Origin: Verrucomicrobiota bacterium | GTDB taxonomy: Bacteria; Verrucomicrobiota; Verrucomicrobiia; Opitutales; Cerasicoccaceae | Assembly: GCA_039818205.1 (NCBI GenBank) | Contig: JBCBUK010000002.1 | Span: 128,001 to 192,000 of the forward strand | Length of the DNA: 64,000 nt | Direction: 5' to 3' | Shown: positions 9,949 to 17,191 of the stretch, piece after piece | Layout: every line of letters starts with the position of its first letter | How positions within the stretch are numbered: the first letter of the stretch is position 1 | Program-made: the position numbers and the translations under genes | The notes under the pieces: generated by a model | The model's input: only the letters and a program-made list of their open reading frames with translations | Told to the model about the DNA's origin: nothing | Database searches by the model: none

Positions 9949-9996
9949 CACCTACATCTAGTGGTGTTTTTGTAAAAAATCGCCTAGATGTAGTGG
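9949..9996. promoter_or_regulatory. Tandem NrdR boxes upstream of nrdB
   Basis: cacCTACATCTAGtgg (9949-9964) and cgcCTAGATGTAGtgg (9981-9996), 32 bp apart; match acaCwAtATaTwGtg; TTGACA at 10003. Confidence 0.85.
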
Positions 9997-10122
9997 TAAT
10001 AGTTGACAAGTTTGCTTTCCTGACCCACCGTTCACCCCAGCGTCACCCAACGGCATTTGCCCAGCACGCTACCTTATTTTTCGCTAATTTCGGAACCTGA
10101 ATAACTTCTGCAAAAACTCGCT

Positions 10123-11223
10123 ATGGCGACTGCACCCACGACCACTCTCCAAATCGGGAACAAGACCTTCGTTCTTGATAAAGAAAAAGCTGAGCAGGCT
10201 TTTGCGGCTAAGAAAATTATCAATGGCCGCGACACGATGTTTTTCAACATCTTGCCCCTGAAATACCAGTGGGCCTACGATCTTTACAAGGTCATGAAGA
10301 ACAACCACTGGGAGCCGGAGGACATCCCGATGCAGAAGGACTGCGAGCAGTGGCGTGATTCTGGTGACTCAATTACCGACATCGATCGCTGGATTGTTAA
10401 GATGGCGATTGGCTACTTTTCTGCGGCCGAAGGCATTGTTGGAGACAACGTTCAGCATGTGACCCGTGAGCTCGTGACCGCGCCGGAACTGAAACTAGTT
10501 TTGGGCCGGCATGCACATGAGGAGAATATTCACGCCGACAGCCTTGTGTATATGATCTCTTCCTTGGGGATCAATCCGCACGAGTGCGAGGCGATGTTCA
10601 CCGACATTAACACGATTGACCGCAAGACCGAGTTTCTCGTCAGCAATTCTCGGGAATTGCGTCGCGACATGGACATGACGGTGACCGAGAACAAGCAAGC
10701 GCTCGCTAAGAACATGTTCTTGTTTGGTCAGGTCATGGAGGGCACTCAGTTCTACGGTCTGTTTGGCATGGTGCTCAGCCTCTACCGCCAGAACAAGTTT
10801 CCCGGTGTCGGTCAGATGTTCCGCTACACCCTGCGCGATGAGTCCAACCATATCGAGCTGTTTCGCAACCTGTTGATGGATCTCGTTGACGAGAATCCCG
10901 ACGTGTGGACTCCCGAATTTAAGGAAGAGCTGACCAATGCGATGCGTGACGGCATTGCGATGGAGAAAGAATTTATCAGCGACTGCCTGCCGGTGAATGC
11001 GGTTGGTCTCTCTTGTGATGATTTTCAACAGTACATCGACTACATTGCTGATCGCCGCCTTGAGGGCGTTGGCCTGGCGCCATTGAACCCGGGGATTACG
11101 AATCCGTTTCCGTGGCTTTCCGAAATGATGGACATCCAAAAGGAGCAAAACTTCTTTGAAGGTCGGGTAACCGAGTATCAGAAGGCCAGTGCTCTGGACT
11201 CCGTGGATGATGACGAACTTTAA
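10123..11223 (+). CDS. nrdB: Ribonucleotide reductase beta subunit, class Ic (R2c)-type signature
   Basis: Ligands E103, E134xxH137, E206, E240xxH243; Leu141 at the radical-Tyr position; C-terminal NFFEGRVTEY. Confidence 0.93.
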   Translation: MATAPTTTLQIGNKTFVLDKEKAEQAFAAKKIINGRDTMFFNILPLKYQWAYDLYKVMKNNHWEPEDIPMQKDCEQWRDSGDSITDIDRWIVKMAIGYFSAAEGIVGDNVQHVTRELVTAPELKLVLGRHAHEENIHADSLVYMISSLGINPHECEAMFTDINTIDRKTEFLVSNSRELRRDMDMTVTENKQALAKNMFLFGQVMEGTQFYGLFGMVLSLYRQNKFPGVGQMFRYTLRDESNHIELFRNLLMDLVDENPDVWTPEFKEELTNAMRDGIAMEKEFISDCLPVNAVGLSCDDFQQYIDYIADRRLEGVGLAPLNPGITNPFPWLSEMMDIQKEQNFFEGRVTEYQKASALDSVDDDEL

Positions 11224-11298
11224 CCCAAGACTTTAATGCTAGCGGGCGCCTAGGTAACGCCCGCATAAGTGGCATGGTGGTAAAAATGGAAAGGATGG

Positions 11299-11330
11299 GG
11301 CCGCGGTCGGGAGATCGCGGCCTTCTTTTC
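11299..11330 (+). terminator. Intrinsic terminator after nrdB
   Basis: GGCCGCGGTC-ggga-GATCGCGGCC then TTCTTTTC. Confidence 0.7.
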
Positions 11331-11350
11331 CGCCAACTCGATCAATCGCG

Positions 11351-12643
11351 ATGACACCCGATACTCATCTGATAGCGCAAGGCCTCGAGTCTCGGCTCCA
11401 TGAAGAGTTATCAACTTTTGCGGAATTCGGTGAACGAACGGTTGTCGATGCTTGGCGTGACGGTGAACTGGAGGTGCCAGTTTACGTGAACGAATATTGG
11501 ACTTCCAAGCAGCGTCAGGCAAATTCGCTGCATGAGGTTTCCTACCGCGCATGCTTCAAGCCTCAGTTGCCGCGGTTCTTCATTGACCGGCTGACGGCTC
11601 CCGGTGATGTGGTTTTTGATCCCTTTATGGGCCGGGGTACGACGCCGATTGAAGCCGCTCTTTCGGGCCGCATTCCTTGGGGCTCGGATGCCAATCCGCT
11701 GGCAAAGCGTTTGGCGGCTCCACGTTTGTCGCCACCGTCTGTGGCGATGGTGAGTGATCGCTTGGTCGAGATAAATGGACTTTGCATGGCAAAGTTTGAT
11801 TCGGTGGGCGTTGTCGATGATTTGTTGGCGTTTTATCATCCGAATACACTGCGGCTTCTGTGCGGTTTGCGCGAATACCTGCTTGAGCGCGAGTCTTCGG
11901 GGGAGCTTGATGCGGTCGACGCGTGGATTCGCACGGTGGCAACCAATCGGTTGACTGGTCATTCAACGGGATTCTTTTCGGTTTATACGTTGCCGCCGAA
12001 CCAAGCGGTTAGCGTTGAGCGACAGGCTCGAATCAATACGAGCCGCGAGCAAACTCCACCCGAGCGCGACATCTTTTCTATCATTGAAAAGAAGAGTCGG
12101 CAGTTGTTGCGAGGGTTGGCGCCCGAGGATCGGACAGCCCTGGCCTCCGTTGCTCGCGAATCCCGCATGGAGACTTGTTCGGCGGATTCGGTGGCTGAGC
12201 ATTTGCCTCATGAAACAGTTTCATTGGTGGTTACGTCACCGCCGTTTTTGGATGTCGTGCAGTATGCTCAAGATAACTGGTTGCGATGTTGGTTTAATGG
12301 AATTGAATCTTCGGAAGTAGCGATCTGGCACTGTCGGAAGGTTGAGGACTGGCAGGCGCGCATGCGGTCCGTGCTGGAACAATGCCAGCGGCTGCTTAAG
12401 CCTGGCGGATGGATTGCGTTTGAAGTTGGTGAAGTCCGTAAGGGGTCGGTTCTTCTTGAAGAATTCGTCGTTCGGGCCGGCGTTCAAGTCGGGTTGAGTC
12501 CCGTGCTGCTTTTGATCAATCAGCAAGATTTTACGAAGACCGCAAACTGTTGGGGAGTGCGTAACAATGCCCGCGGCACGAACACCAATCGTATTGTTTT
12601 GTTCCGTAAGACAGCCGGTAACAATCAGTTAACGGCGAGGTGA
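11351..12643 (+). CDS. Orphan amino (N4-C/N6-A) DNA methyltransferase
   Basis: Motif I VFDPFMGRGTT precedes motif IV VTSPPF; RLLKPGG; no restriction endonuclease ORF adjacent. Confidence 0.85.
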   Translation: MTPDTHLIAQGLESRLHEELSTFAEFGERTVVDAWRDGELEVPVYVNEYWTSKQRQANSLHEVSYRACFKPQLPRFFIDRLTAPGDVVFDPFMGRGTTPIEAALSGRIPWGSDANPLAKRLAAPRLSPPSVAMVSDRLVEINGLCMAKFDSVGVVDDLLAFYHPNTLRLLCGLREYLLERESSGELDAVDAWIRTVATNRLTGHSTGFFSVYTLPPNQAVSVERQARINTSREQTPPERDIFSIIEKKSRQLLRGLAPEDRTALASVARESRMETCSADSVAEHLPHETVSLVVTSPPFLDVVQYAQDNWLRCWFNGIESSEVAIWHCRKVEDWQARMRSVLEQCQRLLKPGGWIAFEVGEVRKGSVLLEEFVVRAGVQVGLSPVLLLINQQDFTKTANCWGVRNNARGTNTNRIVLFRKTAGNNQLTAR

Positions 12644-12704
12644 CGCAGCCGTGTCGAAAAAGTCGCGAATAAGGCCTGTGGGCAACTTTTTCGCAATATT
12701 ATCT

Positions 12705-12764
12705 TTGACAATGATACCCACTACATATTGTAATCTTTATACCGAACGACGCTATATATAGTGT
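12705..12764 (+). promoter_or_regulatory. nrdA promoter with tandem NrdR boxes
   Basis: TTGACA 12705-12710; ccaCTACATATTGtaa (12718-12733) and acgCTATATATAGtgt (12749-12764), 31 bp apart. Confidence 0.85.
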
Positions 12765-12974
12765 GTTGCCATCGAAAAGACGCCATGAGGATAAGTTCCA
12801 ACAACTTCTGTTTGTGCTCGCGATTTTCCCGTGTTGTTTTTCTAACACTCTCGTTCGCTTCGGCACCCAAACCATAGTAATTTTACTTCGCCGCAGGGCC
12901 TTGCTGGCTCCGGCTTTCTCGAATATATTTTCTCAAACTTACCGACAAGAAAACGCAAACTGCTCGCCCGTATT

Positions 12975-15900
12975 ATGATCCGCAATTACACATTTGATGA
13001 AGACATCGCCCTGAAGAGAATCGTCTCTACACCTGCTGACCAAAAACAACGTTTTAACTGGCGGGAGGTCATTCCCACCGAAACTGTCGCTCAACCCGAG
13101 GTCAAAATCGACCTAGGCGGTGAGGAGCGTGAATTTGATTTGGCGGAAGTCGCTGAGATCATTGGCAACGCTTTGACCGACCTCATGATCTCACGCGAAG
13201 AGAATGAGATCTTCACCGATAAGAATCAGGCCTTTGTCGCGCTGGTTGCAAAAGAAGTGGGAGAAAGCATTGCACGTCAGATTCAAGGTAAGGGCGACAT
13301 CACTCTGACGGATCTGGATATCAACCTCATCATCGAGAAGGCTTTGATTGAGCACAATGCCCACGATGTTGCTCGCAGCCTGGTTGCGCAGCGTCGCAAT
13401 GGTCTGGTTAGTGAAGATGACGAGCCGGTGAATGTGCGTTTGATTCGCCGCAACCGTCAGGTCGTGCCTTGGGATCCTAATAAGGTTGAGGTAGCGGTGC
13501 GTAAGTCTTTCCTTTCGCAGCACATGGATTCGACTCCAGCGGTTGCGGTTGCTCGCGGAGTGACTGATCGGGTGCGCCAAACTGGTGAGGCGTTTATCCA
13601 CATTGAGCAGGTGCAGGACATCGTCCAGGAAGAGCTGATGCGTCAGGGACACTTCAAGATCGCTGAGTCCTATATCCTTTATCGGGCCCACCGTCGCAAT
13701 CTGCGTGAGCAGGAGGATCAGGCCGCGGCGGAAGACAGTCGTCAGGATGCGATGATCATGCTGACGGGCAAAGATGGTTCGACCTTCTTTTGGGACCCGG
13801 CCGAGTTGCGTAAGCGCATTGACTTTGCCTCGATCGGCCTCGACCTGTGCCTGAATAAAGATCAGATCGAGTCCGAGTTGCGTCGTTCGCTTTACGCTGA
13901 GATGACGCGGGAGGACCTGCGTCGTACCATCATTCTCAATGCGAAGAGCTTGATTGAAAAGGATGCCGATTTTTCTAAATTCGCTGGTCGAATTCTTCTC
14001 TCCTACATCTATGAAGAAGTGCTCGGCTGGGACATTATGCAGGATGGGATCGAAGGGCTAAAAAATGCTCATCGCCTCTACTTCAAGACTTGCATCAAGC
14101 GCGGGGTGACCTTGGAGCGGCTCGATCCTAAATTGCTGGAATACGATCTGGAGCGCTTGGCGGATGCCTTGGATCCAACCGCTGACTTGGATTTTGACTA
14201 CCTGGGCATCTCCACGCTCTACGATCGTTATCTAATCATTGATAAGTCCGGCAAGGACCAAAAGCGTTTGGAAACGCCCCAGCTGTTCTGGATTCGCGTC
14301 GCAATGGGTCTCTTCATCGGAGAGAAAGAAGATCGCGAAGGCTGGGTCATCCGCCTATACAATCTTTACAAGAGCCGCCGCTTCTGCTCGTCGACTCCCA
14401 CCTTGTTTAATTCAGGCACGCACCATAGTCAGTTGTCGTCCTGTTACCTATATAAAGTCGACGACTCGATTGAGTCGATTATGCATCGTGGTATCGCGGA
14501 GAATGCGTTCCTTTCAAAGTGGGCTGGTGGTCTCGGTGGTTCCTGGACGGCCGTTCGTGGCACCGGTAGCTACATCAAGGGCACCAACGGTGAGAGCCAA
14601 GGCGTCATACCTTTCTTGAAGTTGCACAATGACCAGCTCGTTGCGGTGAACCAAGGCGGCAAGCGTCGCGGTTCGGGTTGTGCCTACTTGGAGACCTGGC
14701 ATAACGACATTGCGGACTTCCTTGAATTGCGTCGTAACACCGGTGATGACCGTCGCCGGACTCACGACATGAACACAGCCAACTGGATTCCAGACTTGTT
14801 CATGAAGCGGATGGAGCACCGTGGCGATTGGACTTTGTTCCGCTCGAACGAGGCCAAGGATCTTCATGACCTCTATGGTAAAGCGTTCGAAGAGAAATAC
14901 CTCGAATACGAAGCAATGGCTGAGCGGGGTGAGATCTGGAGCCAGTCGGTTAAGGCGATTGACCTTTGGAAATCCATGCTCCGCATGTTGTTCGAAACGG
15001 GTCACCCATGGATCACCTTCAAGGACCCTTGCAACGTTCGTTCGCCGCAAGACCATGTGGGCGTCATTCACAGCTCCAATCTTTGCACGGAGATTACGCT
15101 CAATACTTCCAACGATGAGACTGCGGTCTGCAACCTGGGTTCGGTCGTGCTCGATAGCCACCTGGATGCGGATGGTAACATCGACTTGGAGAAGCTTCGT
15201 GACACGATTCAAGTTGCGGTGCGTGCGCTGGACAACGTCATCGATATCAACTTCTACCCAACTACAGCAGCGGAGACTTCTAATCGTCGCCACCGTCCGA
15301 TTGGTCTTGGTGTGATGGGCGTTCAGAATGCGCTCTACCTCAAGGATGTTCCTTTCGCTTCAACTGAAGCGGTTGAGTTCAACGACGAATTTATGGAGGC
15401 GATTGCTTACTATGCCTACGAGGCGTCCAGCGATCTCGCGGCTGAGCGCGGCAGCTACTCGACGTATGAGGGGTCTAAGTGGAGTCGCGGTTTGATGCCT
15501 GAAGACACCCTCGATTTGCTTGAGCAAGAGCGTGGCGCGAAAATTGACGTCGCTCGCGGCGGCAAGATGGATTGGGGGCAGCTCCGTTCGAAGATCGGGC
15601 AGCAGGGCATGCGCAATTCCAACGTGTTGGCAATCGCTCCAACCGCCACAATTTCCAACATCATGGGAACCAGCCCATGTATCGAGCCTTACTACAAGAA
15701 CTTCTATGTGAAGAGTAACTTGGGTGGTGACTTCGTTGTGCTGAACCACCACCTGGTTCGCGACCTCAAGAAACGTGGCCTATGGACGCCGGAGATTTTG
15801 GATCAACTCAAGTATTTCGATGGCGAACTTGCCAACATTGACGGTATCCCTGGCGAAATTAAGGACAAATACACGACCGCATTCGGCATTGATTATCAGT

Positions 15901-16235
15901 GGTTTATTGATGCGGCCGCACGACGCCAGAAGTGGATCGACCAATCCCAGAGTGTGAACCTGTTTTTGGCAAAGCCAGATCTCAAGACACTCTCCCATAT
16001 GTATCGGGCTGCGTGGCGCAAGGGACTCAAGACCACTTACTATCTACGCACTCTTGGCGCCTCAAATATCGAAAAAGCGACCGTTAGTGTGAAGAAAGAA
16101 ACCCGTGGAGTCGTTGGTAAATCTGCAGAGGAAACCCCCGCTGAAGCTCCGAAGAAGGAGTATTCCGAGGAGGAGAAAACAGCCTGTAGCATTGATGCCA
16201 TGCTTAATGGCGGCGAGTGCGAAGCTTGCCAATAA
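12975..16235 (+). CDS. nrdA: Ribonucleotide reductase alpha subunit with multiple N-terminal ATP cones
   Basis: STPTLFNSG, LSSCY, SNLCTEI, VCNLGS, AIAPTATIS, KTTYYLR, C-terminal CEACQ. Confidence 0.96.
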   Translation: MIRNYTFDEDIALKRIVSTPADQKQRFNWREVIPTETVAQPEVKIDLGGEEREFDLAEVAEIIGNALTDLMISREENEIFTDKNQAFVALVAKEVGESIARQIQGKGDITLTDLDINLIIEKALIEHNAHDVARSLVAQRRNGLVSEDDEPVNVRLIRRNRQVVPWDPNKVEVAVRKSFLSQHMDSTPAVAVARGVTDRVRQTGEAFIHIEQVQDIVQEELMRQGHFKIAESYILYRAHRRNLREQEDQAAAEDSRQDAMIMLTGKDGSTFFWDPAELRKRIDFASIGLDLCLNKDQIESELRRSLYAEMTREDLRRTIILNAKSLIEKDADFSKFAGRILLSYIYEEVLGWDIMQDGIEGLKNAHRLYFKTCIKRGVTLERLDPKLLEYDLERLADALDPTADLDFDYLGISTLYDRYLIIDKSGKDQKRLETPQLFWIRVAMGLFIGEKEDREGWVIRLYNLYKSRRFCSSTPTLFNSGTHHSQLSSCYLYKVDDSIESIMHRGIAENAFLSKWAGGLGGSWTAVRGTGSYIKGTNGESQGVIPFLKLHNDQLVAVNQGGKRRGSGCAYLETWHNDIADFLELRRNTGDDRRRTHDMNTANWIPDLFMKRMEHRGDWTLFRSNEAKDLHDLYGKAFEEKYLEYEAMAERGEIWSQSVKAIDLWKSMLRMLFETGHPWITFKDPCNVRSPQDHVGVIHSSNLCTEITLNTSNDETAVCNLGSVVLDSHLDADGNIDLEKLRDTIQVAVRALDNVIDINFYPTTAAETSNRRHRPIGLGVMGVQNALYLKDVPFASTEAVEFNDEFMEAIAYYAYEASSDLAAERGSYSTYEGSKWSRGLMPEDTLDLLEQERGAKIDVARGGKMDWGQLRSKIGQQGMRNSNVLAIAPTATISNIMGTSPCIEPYYKNFYVKSNLGGDFVVLNHHLVRDLKKRGLWTPEILDQLKYFDGELANIDGIPGEIKDKYTTAFGIDYQWFIDAAARRQKWIDQSQSVNLFLAKPDLKTLSHMYRAAWRKGLKTTYYLRTLGASNIEKATVSVKKETRGVVGKSAEETPAEAPKKEYSEEEKTACSIDAMLNGGECEACQ

Positions 16236-16289
16236 TTTTACTTAGCTGGAAAACTAAGAACTAACGCAAGACTGAAAAGACTGGTAAGG

Positions 16290-16325
16290 GCGGCCCCTGT
16301 TGAGGAACAGGGGTCGCATTTTTTT
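16290..16325 (+). terminator. Intrinsic terminator after nrdA
   Basis: GCGGCCCCTGTT-gagg-AACAGGGGTCGC then ATTTTTTT. Confidence 0.85.
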
Positions 16326-16361
16326 GGAACTTATAAAAACTTTGCATTACAAAGTCTATTT

Positions 16362-16751
16362 GTGAAGCAAAGTTATTCGAAATTCAAAGATGGTATGCGG
16401 CGCCGAGCGCGGAACGAGATGTGTTTTCGTTTGGACCTGGAAGCCGGGGATGAGCTCAATTGGTCGGTCCGAAACCTGCCCCTGATGCCGAAGCTAGGAT
16501 GGGAGCCCGGATTTCCCTATTTTGGAGAGGCGGCTGAGTATCTGGCGACCTGGGGACTGTATTCTCGAGGCAGATTTCGGCAAGCTTTGCAGGGGCAATG
16601 CGCTGTTGAGCTTGGTGATCGGCTCCGGCACCGCATCGATCAGCGCGGAAGATTGGTCCGGCTTTTCATTGCTGACCTGAGTAATCGGTGGATGCATTGC
16701 CTGGTGCTGAAAACGAGAGATTCGGGATCTTTCGATTTGCAAGATCAATGA
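16362..16751 (+). CDS. Hypothetical protein
   Basis: 129-aa ORF filling the gap; its TGA overlaps an ATG (16748) in frame with osmC; start uncertain. Confidence 0.45.
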   Translation: MKQSYSKFKDGMRRRARNEMCFRLDLEAGDELNWSVRNLPLMPKLGWEPGFPYFGEAAEYLATWGLYSRGRFRQALQGQCAVELGDRLRHRIDQRGRLVRLFIADLSNRWMHCLVLKTRDSGSFDLQDQ

Positions 16752-16771
16752 TTTGGCTCCATCGTCCTGGA

Positions 16772-17182
16772 ATGGTCGAGATTACCGCAAAATATGACGG
16801 AGACCTTCGAACGACGGCAACACATGGCCCTTCCGGCAGGACCTTGATTACGGATGCGCCTGTTGATAATCATGGGAAGGGTGAATCCTTTTCTCCGACC
16901 GACCTTTGTGCTGCGGCTTTGGTATCGTGCATGGCGACTATTATGGGGATAAAGGCTCGAAGCTTGGGTGTCGATTTGGCTGGGATGTCGTTGCATGTGG
17001 AAAAACACATGTCTACCGACGCTCCACGGCGGATTATCCAGTTGCCGGTAACGATTCACGCTCCGGAGGCGATATCCGAAGAGAACCGCACCTCGCTTGA
17101 GCAAGCGGCGCTTTCGTGCCCCGTGTTCAAAAGTCTTGATCCCGAGATCGAGAAAACTCTGGTCATCTATTGGGACCAATAG
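16772..17182 (+). CDS. OsmC/Ohr family protein
   Basis: TDAPVDNHGKGESFSPTDL, conserved Cys in LVSCM and SCPV; alternative start 16748. Confidence 0.88.
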   Translation: MVEITAKYDGDLRTTATHGPSGRTLITDAPVDNHGKGESFSPTDLCAAALVSCMATIMGIKARSLGVDLAGMSLHVEKHMSTDAPRRIIQLPVTIHAPEAISEENRTSLEQAALSCPVFKSLDPEIEKTLVIYWDQ

Positions 17183-17191
17183 CACTGGCGG

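Noticed and set aside
9614..10122. Possible oriC or cobalamin riboswitch in the long AT-rich region before nrdB
   Set aside because: Only one good DnaA box, no dnaA/dnaN/gidA context and no B12-box visible; better explained as the nrdB control region.
11242..11264. Hairpin GCGGGCG-N9-CGCCCGC in the nrdB 3' UTR as an sRNA or REP element
   Set aside because: I saw only one copy in the window and no family signature.
12677..12685. TGTGGGCAA as a DnaA box before nrdA
   Set aside because: Two mismatches to TTATCCACA; could easily arise by chance.
14514..15293. 259-aa antisense ORF inside nrdA (similar ones at 10495-11148, 42062-42847, 47847-48464, 51220-51801)
   Set aside because: Shadow ORFs opposite well-conserved genes, with no recognisable motifs.
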